From: Chrysomallon squamiferum
Taxonomy: Eukaryota > Animalia > Mollusca
NCBI GenBank assembly: GCA_012295275.1
Contig: CM022669.1
Span: 10,974,001-11,038,000, forward strand
Direction: 5' to 3'
DNA: 64,000 bases
Numbering within the stretch: the stretch's first letter is position 1; each line of letters begins with the position of its first letter. Of this stretch, positions 26,101 through 40,791 are shown in pieces. Position numbers and translations under genes: made by a program. The notes beneath the pieces were generated by a model that was given only the letters and a program-made list of their open reading frames with translations, was not told where the DNA came from and ran no database searches.

Positions 26101-29100
26101 TTTTTTTATGAAATTGGGATTATTTAAGGCTCTCTAATTCGTTTTGTTATTTAAAGTAGTTTTTAAATGTTTATTGATTATGTTTTGGGGTACTGGTCAA
26201 AAACACAAGGTCGAAATAAATTAGACATTTACTTCTAAGGGAACCTGTATCGAGATGTGATCCCACTGTCTTCTAGCCTTGGTGTCAGCAACATGGTTAC
26301 TCTAGCATTGAATTTCTTATCGATTCTTCATTACAAAAAAAAACAACAAAAAAAAAAAACAATAATGATGAAACAACATCGTCTGCTTATTGTTGCTTGG
26401 AATGTCGTCTGCTTCATTCCAGATCGCTACGTCGTCTGCCAATTTGTTCAGCACAAAACGAGATAAGTTGCATTTCCCTTTCCCTGGTGACTCTGAAGTC
26501 AGTTTAAAGAAGCGGTTGCGCTTTGAACTGATTTTAAAATTCTTAACGGAGGGCTCCATCTGTTAATATAAATAAACTTTGTTTGCGCGCGTATTTTGTA
26601 CGTGTAATTGCTTGTTAGAACTGCCGTTGTTCTGCTGCTGTTGTTGTAAGTACGAAACTACGTCTGTAAACAGCCGAAACGTTAGAAACAATTGCTTTGT
26701 TCAAGTTTTCAGAAGGCAGAATTAAAACTTGCATGTTGTTGTTTGTCTTTAATACAGTGTTTTTGAGTTTAAGTGTACTGGTCTGAAGCTAACAAATGAA
26801 TTTTAAAAATTCAAATTATTGTCTTGTTGTCGGAAAAAAGTTCCTAAGTTTGATGATAATATGAAAGTATACAGATTTGTTTTTTCTGTTGTCTTGTGTC
26901 ACGCCTTAAAGAAAAATGTCTCAAATTAACAGCAACGACAACGGTTATAGTTAATAATAATGATGATAATAATAATAATAATAATATTTTTGAGTATAAT
27001 AATAAATAATAATGATGATAATAACAATGACGATAATGATGACGATAACAGTAACAAAAACAACAATGATAACAATAACAAAAACAACAACAATGATAAC
27101 ACTAACAAAACCACCTCAATGACAACAACAACAGCAACAATAATAATAATAATAATGTAAGTAATAATAATACCCGATAGACCAATATTCACTGATGTTG
27201 TAGATGAAGAAAAAGTAAGTAGATCTAATCAGCGTAAAGTTAACTAAATCAATTTACCACTGATGTCCTTTATTTTCGTACTTTAAAACTAATATATATG
27301 GAAAACGAAAACTTAATTACTTGCAGGCAAACTGAATGTATTTAGTCCACTGGGTAGCAAATACCACATGCATACCTCTTTAACTGGCGAGAACAGAGAA
27401 CAAATATTGATACGAAATTAGGGCGATGTTGTTAATACAAAAGAAGGTGGTGCAAAACGCTCGCGCAATAGAGATCGTATTAACAGAATGACAGTAATGG
27501 CGATCTGCTCTGTTTACTTGGATTTCGAAGTCTGTTTTAATTCGTGTAACTGTGTTATTTCTGCTGCCTAGATTTCCAAACTGGATGTCAGTAATCTCCC
27601 CGCTAGCCACCCCTTCATTGAAGTGGTGTTTTTATCGAGATCAAGAACGATTATCTTTCTTAATCTCGAATTAACCTTTAGACGCCATTTTATGCACCTT
27701 GTTTTATCATATGTCCTTTGTTTCAGGGTTTGAGAATAAGAAAACAGAAGAATGGGAGCGAGTTTATTTAACAGTAACAAGATTAAATAAAATTAACAAC
27801 CCTTGTTTTATTGTGGATTTCATCTTAACCATGAAAAATAAAAATAAAAAATAAGTAAAGAGAAGCGAAAGAGAATAAAAGATTAAATGAAATTAACACT
27901 TACACACCTTCTTTTACTGTGGATTAAATTTGAAAAGAGAGAAAAAAAAAAAAACCAGCAAACAAAATTGAAAATAAATAGACAGAGATGAGATTTAAAA
28001 ATTAACAAAAATGGCGCGACTTGTTTTATCTTTTATTTTCATTCTTTAAAAGAAAAAAAAAAAGATGAAAAAAGCTAATGCGTAAAGAAATTAACAAACA
28101 AATTTAAAACCAAGGTCAAATTTTACAATGCTTAACTGTGGGTGTATTATTTTTAAAAATACTCACTTTTGTTTTGAACTAAATTGGTCAGCAGTTCTCA
28201 AAAACTGAACTGTATTTAATCTAGAATTTGTTGATGGTTATTTTTTTAAAGTTATCGTCACGTAAAAACGCCAAAAATAATTTGAGAATCTAACTTTGGG
28301 AAAAATACTGATAATGAAAGACAATTCTCGTTCGATCGATCAGTCAGTATCAGCATATAAATTTTGAAATGTGTATTGTTTTTAATATTGCTGGTTTGTG
28401 TGACATGGTTTAAGTGAGTAAATTAACAGAAAATCGAGATAATTTACAATTATTTTAATTGATTGTATGCACTTACTAATATTCATTTGGCATATATATT
28501 GAATGTAGTATACGTACTACTTGTTTGTGAGTGAGTGAGTGAAAGAGTGAATGTATCAGTGGGTCCTTGTCTTTAACAGCTAAAAACAATTCCTAATAAT
28601 TATAAATTATTACCAAATTCTATTAAATAGTTTTTCTTTTATATATATATATATTTTAGTTTCTTGGTATTTTTTCTGTTTTGGTGTTTTTTGGTGGGAG
28701 AGACTGTTGTGTTGTGATGTTGTTGTTTCTTTGATTGCTATCTTTGCTGTCTTTTGGGGGTTTGGGCAATTTTTTTTCTGGGAGGGTTGTTTTAGTTTGT
28801 TGTTTCTTTTTTTTTTTTTTTTTTTTTGTATGTTTTTCAGTGGGGATTTTTTGTGAGGGGTTGTGAGGGGGGTTTTTTTGTTTTTTTTGTGGTTTTTTTT
28901 TTAAATCTGTGAACTATATGAATTCTCAAAGACACTTATTGAATCATATAATCCTGGTTGGGATAAAAATGGCCACATCAAATGTTAAAATATCTAAACC
29001 TGGGACAAACAAACTACGTTATTAAAATATTTCACAGGTTTATAGATTAAAGATATTTGATGATTTGAAATTACTGAGAACAAAACATACATTTGTAATG

Positions 29101-32100
29101 GGAGGTGCCAAGTATTTAAAATATTTAAGAAAGATTAATATTAAAGCTTACTGAAGTTATAACTAGCATTCTTGCTGCGAATTAACCCAATAATCTGGTT
29201 GTATTAGCAACTCCAGGTATTCAGCAGTATATGACAACATTTAATGAATAAGCATATTTAACTTTATGAAGGAAAAAAATGGAGAGAGAGAGAGATAATA
29301 ATAATTTAAAAAAAAAAAAAAAAAAGGAGATCTTCTAAGACAAACAAGAAGAAAAAATAGCAGCACAAAAACGGAGAACAGATCTAATTTTAATTACGCG
29401 ATGTTCAAAGAGGCTGATTTTCCCACCATTCACAAACACAGACGTCGCAACAAGCGGCTTGGATAACCCAGCACAATGGTCACTGTTGACAGCGGGGTGT
29501 GACATTTGACCCCCAGCCTCTGTGACGCGATTTCGCACGTGGACACCAGTGTTTGCTTGGTTCTAAACATAACACAACACTATTTTCCTAACTTGCTACT
29601 CTTCACAAACGCCCCTTTTCTCTGAACTTTTGATTCTGCTATCATAGCTGCGAGAAGGTTATTTCTTTTTTCACTACTGAAGGACTCTGACACTGGAAGG
29701 TATAAGATATATTTTAAATAAATTGATATACCTCTTAACTTATATATATTTTATGTATATCAGTGGTGTACACTATAGGCGCAGTGTGAGAAAACGAAAC
29801 TGTTATGGTTTAATTGTGGTACGTATAAATGTTTTTGATGAAAGGAAGATATCACAGAGATGTAAAAGAATTCACGTGTCGAAGACTAGTGCACCCACCC
29901 ATGCCTTAGTTTATTGTATTCATTCAGTTAAATGTTTTTTTGTTTTTGTTTTTTTTTTTTAATAATTAAATAAGTATTTAAAAATACTAAAAATTAAATA
30001 GAAGAAGAAGTGGGCGTTAAAGAAAAGAAAAGAAAAACGTTTTTTTTTTATTCCTATCTGCATCTAGGCCATGGCTTTACACATTATATTTTTCTATTGG
30101 AAATCAAAATAATTTATTTTCAGTTTGAGATTAAAGATAAATATACTTCAGTAACTTTTTGTGTAACAGTTTTACTATGCGTAACTGTATACGATGTCTA
30201 AAATAATGCTATTATTTAGGATTTCTCTAAAACATACATTATTCATCAAAATTAATAACAAAGTCTATATATGTGTGTGTGTTTGTATTCTTACGTGTAT
30301 GTATCCATGTACGTTCGTATGCATGTTTGTACGCAAAACTCGACATTTCCATGTACATGTATATGTGTAGCCTATTCGAGAATACCGTCATAAAACAATG
30401 TCAGATTTTTCCACTTAAGCTCTTTTGACATACTTCTAATTTATATATTTATCTCTCGAATTTCAATTCATCAAACCCACCCACCATATAAATAATATCC
30501 TGACAGTTTTCCAAGAAAGTTTGTTTTACAAGGTCGCAAAAACGCGCAAGCGTTCCATCTGGTGTGTAAAGAACGAAACTTTCCTTTCTTTTCTTTCTGA
30601 AGTTTATTTCTGGAATGAAGACGAATTGACAGAGAAATACAAAGTATATAGACTTTTCTCACAGCAATGCAGAGAATAGTATTTTAATTCATACTTTACA
30701 CAGATCTGAGCTTATACTTAATGTGTATTAAGGGGGAGGAATATATTAGCACAGGCAGAGTTTAGTAGTGTATGCGTATCATGTGTGCGTGTATGTGTGT
30801 GAAACACTTTTCTGTACGCACTGGCTGTATAGCTCGACTGCAAACATACTCACACACACGTTCGTGCATCTCTACGTACGTACGTACGTACATACAAATG
30901 AATACATATATTCATACACATACATTCATACATCGACAAATAGATAGACAAACAGATAGAGATATATACATACATACATACATATATATCGACCTGTATA
31001 CACACACACACACATACATACAGGCAGATATATAATCATTTCAAATACTCCTAGCAAAAAAAAAATAACACACATTTCCATTCTTATGCGGCAAACTAAT
31101 TGACAAAAACATACTTATATGAACAATGTGTGTGTCGGTGCGGTCGTCAACTATTACCACAGAGGTCAACTTCGTACACTGCTTCTTTCCACTGAGAAGA
31201 ACTTTTATTCAGGAAGTGACTTATTCGGTCTAAAATCCCAGATCTGCTTAACCCGACGATCTCGTGAAACATCGACTTTCCGAACCGCCATGTGCTCTGT
31301 CTGTGTTTGTAGTTAAACCACGGGATCGCAGACTGTGTGCGCGGGTCTCACGCAATACTTTACTTTAACTCTCTTAGTTAAACATCTCTTACCATTGCAG
31401 TTTGACCCTTGCCAGTACACAGAGAAATACCACACAGGAGTCGCTTAAACACTTATAAAAGACATTTCCTGGTAAAAAATGGAATGAAGTAATGCATTTT
31501 TCGATACGGTTGATTTGAACAGACCGAGGAAATGAAACGTATTATTAAATTCAGTTTAAAACTGGTTCCCAAACTCAAGGAATGTTTTGGCAAGAAGTTT
31601 CTTATGAAATTAAATTAAATGTTATACCACATTTCAGCAGTTCTCAAAGGTAACAGTTAGAAACTGATACAAGAATGAATGTTAAGAATTAACAAAGACC
31701 GAATGTTGAAGGATCCACATGTTTTTTTGTTTTTGTTTGATTAGTTAATAGCTATCTGCATTTATCCCAGATACATTATCTTAGACAAGATTTTGTGTAT
31801 ATGAAAGACCTAAGATAATGCAAAATGCTTTGTGGCACCTGAAAAAAAAAATATAGTCCCCATCCCCCCAAAAAAAACCTGTTGCTGACAAAATACTAAT
31901 ACAAGTAATATCTCATTGTTTTTATGTATTATATGTACTATATAGCAGATATTTTATATGTGTGTGTGTGTGTAAGTGTAGATACATGAAAGTTGTTTCT
32001 GTATTAGTCTCTGTCTCTGTGTGTGTGTGTGTCTGTCTGTCTGTCTGTCAGTAAATGTGTGTGTGTTTACTGTTTGTTTCTTTTTTCTGTTTTTTAACAA

Positions 32101-32461
32101 GTCTTACTTTGATTTGTTTTTGTTGAGAGTTTCGCATGGAAGCAGATTAGTTCGACAAAAAAAAAAAAAACGGAGGAAAAAAATCTTTGGCTTTTCCTGA
32201 TTAGCAAACAGACACGAAGTACAACGTCAAAGGCGTAATAATTCCACTAAAAATAGTCCGGACAATAAGGCAGAGATTGTCTTGGATAAACTTTACTGAG
32301 TTAAAAAAAAAAAATATGGAAAACAAAACTGAAACACAGTAATTAAAAAAAAAATGTGTAGCTAATTTAATAATGTAAAGTTATTTTGACATGAGGATTA
32401 CAAACGAGGAATTAATGTTTGAGAAAATATCCAATCCGTGGCTCTCAGTGACACTGAATAT

Positions 32462-32743
<282 letters not shown>

Positions 32744-33915
32744 CCCGAAAAAGAAAAACGAGAAGCAGATCATAAAATTCACTATTGCATCTCAAACGAA
32801 TCCATTAAGCTAAAGCACATTTAGAAACAAAGAAAGAAGAAAACAGTTATAAATTGTAATCGGAAACAAAATACCCAGCACCTGATCAAATAATTCTGTT
32901 CGAATTTTCAGAAAGAATTTTAGAATTTCTGTTAAGAAATCTAGGATTTTAAAATAAATCTCATATTAAATACTAGTATTGTAAAATTCAAAATTGAGGA
33001 AACACTCCGTAAAATCTAAATAAACGTGTGGATCCGCAGTTTTTTTCATATTTCTTTCCAAAGAAGATGAAAATCTATTTATCTAAATTAAAATATTTTC
33101 ACCGTTTCCTATTTTAATGTTGTAGAGGCCATTTTAGTTCAGATCAGAACAATTTCCAATCCTTGTAACTTTTTTCTGTTTTACGTGTATGAATATGCTT
33201 CTACATGGATGTACTTATGTGTATGTGATTCATAGGTATAGAAGTCTGTAACTCCTGTTGTGTTATTTGGCAGAAATTTTATCGGAGAATTCTAAATTTA
33301 TTTAAAATCATATAATCATCTATAAGAATAAATAATAATAATAATAAAATTAAAAATTAAAAAATTAAAAATATGTTGATATAATAATACATTAAGCGGT
33401 TGTTTGTTGTTATTTTTTCGGGGGTTTTATGGTGGTTTTTTTTTTTTTCTTCTTCTTTTCTCTTTTTTTTTTTTTTCCTAATGTTTGACTGCAGAGGGTA
33501 TTTTTTACATATACAAAAATATATCGAATTTTTTTAATTAAAAAAAAAAAAAATTGAACTATCTATGGTCGAATTTCACCGAATAGGTTAACTTGTTATC
33601 TTCCAAATAAATTTTGATGAAACTTTGACGTTACAATTCACGTTAAGACTCATAGAGTTATTTCCCTTTATAAAACCACCTTAAATAATAATGTATAATA
33701 AAATAAAAGTAATCGTTGTTATAGTACCATATTGGCAGCTGCAGCATCTACAACAGCAATACCAGTAGTACTAGTGATAATAGTAGTAGTAGTAATATAG
33801 TAATAGCAGCAGTAGAAGTAGTAGAGTAGTAGTAGCACTAGTAATAGTAATGCTAGTAGTTATGTTTGTAGTTGTAGTTACAGTAATAATAGCATTTGCA
33901 GTAGTTCTGGTTTTG

Positions 33916-33946
<31 letters not shown>

Positions 33947-34937
33947 CAGCAACAACATATGCACCATATTCATTTCATTACCAGTTAAATATGAAATCGA
34001 TCAGTGAACCGTTGAAACGTTTACTTCTACATAACGGTCAAGTACGCCTGTCACGTGCCTACATGAATCGGGATATTCAGTTCAGTTCAGTGCTAGTGTA
34101 TTAGAGTGTTAGATAATTAGTTTCAGAGATGAGAAAATGCAGTAGTTTTACACACTGCCAGTTATTTCTGGAGCCGTTTACCTATTTGAAATCTTAGACC
34201 GTAAAAGTCGTTAGGACTGTGGCATAACCCATCTGGTGATCCAGCGGTATGTTTGTGACCCTGAAATTCGATGAGTTATGGAGGTCCTTCGCAAGCAGCA
34301 GCGTGGTCTGGTAAACACAGTTATTTTCTTCAGTGGGCTTGATCCACGGTTTTTTGTTTTTAATTTAACCAAGTATCTCACATGTGGATTATAATTTTCC
34401 AGCAATTTAGACAAAACTCGCTGCCGGGTTTATTGCTGGGTGTGTTGGGTGTCCTGAAGATTAAGCTTCGTTCGTTTCATATTGAATTCGCTCTTGTGGT
34501 GATCGTCGTATTAAACTATCTTTACTGAATGTTAAACCAAAACGAGATGTGAGGATATTTCTCAACACTGAAATTTCAAAACAGGGTTTTTGTTCATATT
34601 CTGTATCGTTGAATGAAAAATCTTATTTTAATACGTCATCGAACTGGCAGTGTCGTGTAACATCGATTATGTCCCTTGTACTATCATCAGGAATGAATAA
34701 AATCATTGTTGGTTTGAAATTTTGTCAGTATTTTAATTTTGTGGTGATAAGAGGAAATCTGCTGCCCCAAAGGCGTGAAATTCACTGACAGTTGAAAATG
34801 TGGGTTATTTTAAAATGGTCCTGCGTATGTTCACATACAAAGGATGACGAAAACTGCGTATCAAGAGTCGTGGGTCTGTGACTGTTTAGGTTCACGTAAA
34901 GTAAAAAGAAAAGAATATTACGATCTGACCAATCAGC

Positions 34938-35017
34938 AATGAATTTAAGATAAAAAATAAATAATTACCTCGATAAATGAATTTAAGAGAAAAAAATAAT
35001 AATTACCTCGGTAAATG
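34938..35017. repeat. Two-copy ~38-bp tandem duplication
   Basis: aatgaatttaagataaaaaataaataattacctcgata / aatgaatttaagagaaaaaaataataattacctcggta. Confidence 0.85.
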
Positions 35018-35743
35018 CGACAAATAAGAAAAATGTATAAAGGAAATAATAAAAGGAAATGCAGCAAATGGCAGTGAACTAAGCACTTTAATTCAGACGT
35101 CTGTAAGAATTCTTTCAAACAACGAACTGATTTTTCAAATGAAGTGTTGTGTTTTATGTTTATAGATGTTTAAAAGATCACACGCTGAACAGCTGATGAG
35201 AAAAGTCAGATGAAGCAATGATAGCGGGTTTCTCCTCTCGTTTCATTATTATTCAAGAAAAAGCATTTAGGAAACGTAATGGTTGAAGGATTATTAGTTG
35301 TTGAGAATTATTTAAAGCAAATTCTAGAGTTAATTTAAAAAGGTTTGAAACCAAAATACGCTACACCGATGTGAATAATACTTGAAATAAATTAATTAAT
35401 TAAACCTTTCTTCGTCTTAGTCAAACGGGAATAACAAAATAAGATAAAAAAACTATTAAAAAAATATTAAAATAAAAAAATGATTCTTCTTCCAAAGAGA
35501 GAGGGAAAAAAAAAAAAAAGAAGAAATAAACAAATAATAGTAATGATAATAATATGGAGAAAGAGAAAAAAAAAAAAAAAAAAGTAAAAAATGTAGAAAA
35601 AAGAAAGAAAGAGAAATTCATTTCAAGTTCCAAGTGATTAAAAACAAATCAATAAATTAGTATTTTCTACAAAATAAAAATTATAAAGAAACGAATAAAA
35701 AGAAGCAAAGACTAAAAAACAGGAATGCTTTCCATTTAAATCA

Positions 35744-35749
35744 TTTATT
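35744..35749 (-). terminator. Candidate distal polyadenylation signal (AATAAA) of GATAD2, implying a ~2.6 kb 3'UTR
   Basis: tttatt on + at the boundary between unique UTR-like sequence (TGTA-rich on the minus strand) and low-complexity A-rich DNA, which is U-rich downstream on the minus strand. More proximal signals also exist (e.g. ~37753). Confidence 0.4.
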
Positions 35750-38332
35750 GATACAGCATTTTTATAGCACACAAAAACCTAATAAATTACACTTCATACA
35801 CAACAGGCATATATGTCACTTTTTTTGTATAATACACTTTAACGAGTCATGATTGTTCAACAATGTGCCACGAGTAATTACTGTACATTATTCATTACAA
35901 TGTCTCTACAGTATTATTCTACACAGACATCCAGCAATACATGTACATGTAATACCAAATGTTATTCAACACTGTGGGATAACACGTTAGCTAATATTTT
36001 TGTGGATATTTAATTTACAGAAACGAGGAAATTACGAACCGATGAAATTTGTATAGCCTTTCTGTATCTTTATTCTTTTCGGTGATATATAAAAGAAGAA
36101 AAAAAATAATAATAATAATAAAGAAAGAAAGAAAGAATCGTAATTTCCAAGCCGCCATGACAGCTGGTCATCAAAATGCCAAGAGCGGCTTAGTAATCGT
36201 TCTCACGTGGTCGACGACTTTTTTTCCACAGTAAGCAAGTTTCAACAACGGTGCTGTTGACATACATCACATTGAGTATTGATCTGTGTAAAAACTGATA
36301 CTGCAAGATCATTTATAATAAGGTCGTGGCTAGCTCTTCTCGGCTGTACGTCAACATCTTATAGCATCAATACGGTTGTTACCTAACCGCGGAATAATAA
36401 ATTATTGTTCGACTCACGCAAAATAATTTGATTCATTTACGTTTTTACGACTAATCAGAAATGCTGTTACATTTTAGACAAGTTTTAATCTTCTGTTATT
36501 CTCAATCTGTTGAAAATGAAACGATCCCTCCCCCCCCCCAAAAAAAAATGTATTTTAAAATACAAGAAATTGACTGCATTTTCTTTATGATGTAAGCAGG
36601 TATAATTCCTGTGAAAAATTATACATCTGACTTCAACTGAACGTTATTCGGAGCAGAATACTGGTTTTTTACTGCCTTTAAAAATCGAAATTTATTAATT
36701 TTTTCTTTTTCGTAATTAAATTTTATTACACGAATCGATGAGTTGTACAAAAAAAAAAAAAAAACACAAAAAAACGTGATGTTTTTCAGGTCACTTGGTT
36801 TAACAAAATGAAAATGATATATCAAAGGGATGTAAAATTATAAAACAAAAACAGCTGATGAACAATTTAAACTGATATGCAGTTTTCATTTGGTTATATC
36901 AACGACATAAAAATACCTAGAACTGCCAGCAGAAACAAATAATAAAGACTTGTTTAATTTTACATGCTTTTAGTTTCTTTTTTTTTTTTTTTTTTTTTTT
37001 TTTGGCTTGTTTTGTTTCATATAACAATCTCAAGCGCTAATTTACAATGTTGGTTTCAGTACATATTTAGGAAACAAATTCAGCTGTAATTTCTAAGCCA
37101 AGGGTTAATTCACATTTAATGGCAAAAATAAAAATAGTTAAGTTTCAAGACATAAATTAAGATGGGGTAGGAAATAAATTAATTACCTTGATAAAATATT
37201 TTAAAATAAGAGAGCTATCTTATATTTTATCTCAGTATAAAATGTTTGGAATTCCTCATTATTGTAATTCCTTAATATTGTTTTCTTCATGATCTAGTAA
37301 TGTTTATCACACATTCATTTCTTCCCAGAAGTTTATCTCCATCTGCATCATACAGGCTGAAATGTGTGTTCAGAAGGCAAAGAAAATAACAGTGATAATA
37401 ATAAAATAGAAACAAAAATAATAGCGATTAGAACATTGACTGAAACAAGGAATATAACGAGTACATATCAATAAACTCTTCCATAACAGACTAAATGATA
37501 AATAAATCAGGGGTTTTAGAATAGTTAGTATCTGCAACCAAACAAGAAACAGTAGTAGTATCAAGACACATTAACTATATACAACATGCATGTATCTATC
37601 TGGGTTTTTTTTTTTTTGTGTGTGTTTTGTTTTCTCACCATTTCTACTTAGCATTTCTAACGTAGAAATAGTAATTCTAAATTTGGGGATGGCTAACCAA
37701 TATGAATGCTTCACCTGGCATTCAAAAAACAAAAAGATAAAAGGTACAACTATTTATTACAACTAATGGCATGTACGTGGTATACATGCCTTTACAACTG
37801 ATGGCATGCCATATCATGTTTTTTTTAATTTTGAATATTCTCCAATTTGGGTACATACTTTCAACAAGGTTAACCATCCCTGCAATAACAACTATTTTTG
37901 TAACATTTGTTCATTAAATAAACTTTATAGGTATATCTGTACATAAGATAGAGAGACACTGGTTTCTTTTTTATGAAAATAGTTATCTTTTTCTTTGTTT
38001 CAATAATGTTCTTTGTGCATACAAGTGGAATTTGTGAACAATCCATTCACAAGTCACGTTCAAACATCCATACAGAAAAAACAGTATATACTAAACTTAA
38101 TTATAAATGAATCTTGTTTTATCACCCTGGCCCCCAGATTATTAATGTTTTGTTTAATAGAATGTTCAAAAGCAGAAAAATGAGTATCTAAATGCTCGAC
38201 TACTAAATACTGGATATGGTGCATTTCTTGTAAAATATATAACTGTCTCTGTCTCAGATACCCATTTTCCCCCTTTTACAAAAGCACATGCAAGTATAAT
38301 AATCCACAGAGTTATTAAGAGATAAAATAAAG

Positions 38333-40106
38333 TTATGATTTCCATGACATATTTCCACCACGTGGTAAAAGATCGAGAAAATATTGCCTCTGGATGTCTG
38401 AAGGTTTAGTAAAAGGAAGCTGATATGGGAAAGGTCCACGTTGAACAAATGGTAGTCCGAGTGTGGAGCCAGCGCGGAGCTGTGCCTGGTGGGCCTGAAT
38501 GAAATTCTGATGCTGTCGTAGCTGCTCTGGACTAGGTTTATAAGACGTCAGGTTCATCACAGATGAACTAGAAATGCCGATCGGGCTGGCAACAGAAGGA
38601 ACTGCAGCAGTTGTTGTCACGGCGACTGGATGCGATGAAGCCTGGGTCAGGCTCTGCGCCTGCATCCTCTCTATCTCCTGCTCCTGCTGCAGAGCCTTGA
38701 CAAAAGCACTTTTCAGACGGTTAGTGTGTTCCTGCTTCAACGCTTTCTTTTGATTCGAAGTGACACAGTGCTCACATATTACATTCTTAGAACCCGGCTT
38801 CTCGCGCTTCCACACAGGCGTGAAGTCAGCGCCACACTGCACGCACGAGAACGGGTTGCAGACGAACTTCTCGTCAGGGTTCTTCTGGCCCCGGGCGATC
38901 AACTGCGAATCAATGATGAAGTTCACAACCTCCTCCAGCCCTAAGAGAATAATGAAGTCCGGACTAGCCAGGCTTGGAATGAAGTTCATCTCTGGCGGTG
39001 GGGGCTTGGGTGGTGGAATCTGCAGCAACGTCTTCTCCAGCTGCTTCCTCAGCGCCAGTTTGGCGGCCGCCTGCCTCTGGGCCGGGGTCTGCTGCTCCTC
39101 CTGCCTCTGGGTGACGTGCTGGGGAGAAGGCTGCACGTGGTTCTGTCGGTAGCCTGGCATTATCTGAGTCATGTTGCCTCTGTGACCTTGATTCTGGATC
39201 ATGTTGCGGTTGATTCCGTGGTGCTGTGAGAGTGAGTGATGGTTGCTCACCCTGGGAGCCATGTTCACCAGCGGAGGTGGGCCATGCGCCGACTGCCTCG
39301 CCTGCATCTGGGAACTGTGCGTTTGGTGTGACAGTGACTGCGAGTGGTGGCCGTTGTGGTTCGACTGGGCATGTTTCAGTGCTGCCCCACTCCCCTGCTG
39401 GCCACGGACGAGGGGCGGTGGGGCTCCTGGGTGTTGTATGCTGTTGTTCTTTGGTCGGTCAGAAGTGTTGTCTGGAATCTGATGCGACAGCTGACTCTGT
39501 CTCAACTTTTTCAAAAGGACGAGCTTGGCTTCCTCGTTCCTCAGCTCTCCTTGAAGTCTTTTTATAATTTTTTTCCTAAGTTTAATCTCTTCTGGTGTTA
39601 TTTCGTCGAGTACATTCATGTCAACCATTTTATCGTTTTTATGCGAGTCCTCGTCAGACTCGTCAGAAAGTGTTATGATGTCAGACTTGGCTTTTCGATT
39701 CCCACTCGAAGCATCGTTAGCACGACTGCAATTTTCCTTCTCGCTGTCTGAGCCACCAGACTTACTGGATGACACATCATCTCCACCATTCAAGTAAGGA
39801 ACATCTGCTTGTGTTTTTTCTGAACTTGCTTCTTTCTCACCACTTTTATCATTTACTTTACAGTCGTCACTGACATTTTCCTCAGAATTCTTTTTGTCTT
39901 CTGCAACATCACTGTCCTCCTTTTTCGTTTCATTTATCAAGTCTTCTTTTGGTTTATCATCAGTTTTGTTATCAGTTGTACTATCTTCAGCTGTCATATC
40001 TTTAACTGTCATATCTTCAGGTTTGTTTTCTAATTCTGTATCTTTGCTTTTGCTATCTGAATCCACAGCTTTTTCTTCCTTTTCTGCATCATCATCAATC
40101 TTTGCC
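38333..40106 (-). CDS. GATAD2: GATAD2/p66 (transcriptional repressor p66, simjang ortholog; NuRD subunit), large terminal coding exon (1774 nt)
   Basis: Contains CR1 coiled coil (PEEIKLRKKIIKRLQGELRNEEAKLVLLKKLRQSQL), CR2 (QRQAAAKLALRKQLEKTLLQIPPPKPPPPEMNFIPS...LGLEEVV), GATA-type finger CVQC-x19-CEHC (38765-38845), KKALKQEHTNRLKSAFVKALQQEQEIE and C-terminal QRQYFLDLLP. Acceptor tttttcag|G at 40107/40106; stop TAA 38335-38333. The ORF-track start at 40126 is intronic. Confidence 0.96.
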
Positions 40107-40279
40107 CTGAAAAATATATTTAACATATTAATAGGTGCAGGAGTTTCATACGCATATATGTTTGTGTAGTAAGGACATCTAATGTAATTTCATCTTTCAA
40201 ATAAGAAAAAATACAACTGACTGACAATGTACAAATTGAAATTACAGTACTAAAAATATGAAGACAAATGCATCTTTTT

Positions 40280-40312
<33 letters not shown>

Positions 40313-40791
40313 TTTTAAAATTGTAAAACATCAAGTATTATTAAATAGTACATTCATGTAACAGTAAGGATATGTTAAAGATATACAAGTATAAAAATGA
40401 ACTAAAACGCACACACACACACATGTATCAGTGTCTAATATTTTAGTCCACTGCACATGATGCGAAACTGATTCATGTGAAACTAATACTGTGATTTGTG
40501 CTGTCAACTTTTACACACTCTTAAAAACTTTCATCAAAGCAGCATTGTTATCTATAGCAATCCTTGTCACACAACCTTTCACGTCATTCTTCTCAAAACC
40601 ACTGGACATACAGATATGAGGATTATGTTTTCACTTGGCAATACATTAATTATCCTGCTTCCCACTGGTTTTCTGGTTTTGAGCGGTACTACTGCAAGAC
40701 ACTAGTCAACTTATTTAATTTACAACCTTGATAACTATTCAGTAAAACTGACTACTAGCAAGAATCATATGTAAGTGAAAAAAACAGGCAC

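Noticed and set aside
40107-40126. ORF-track N-terminus MLNIFF of the 597-aa ORF
   Set aside because: It falls in the polypyrimidine tract and acceptor; two upstream exons join in phase and give a better start at 42867.
38726-40169. Plus-strand ORFs overlapping the large GATAD2 exon
   Set aside because: Antisense shadows of a GC-rich coding exon; no recognisable domains.
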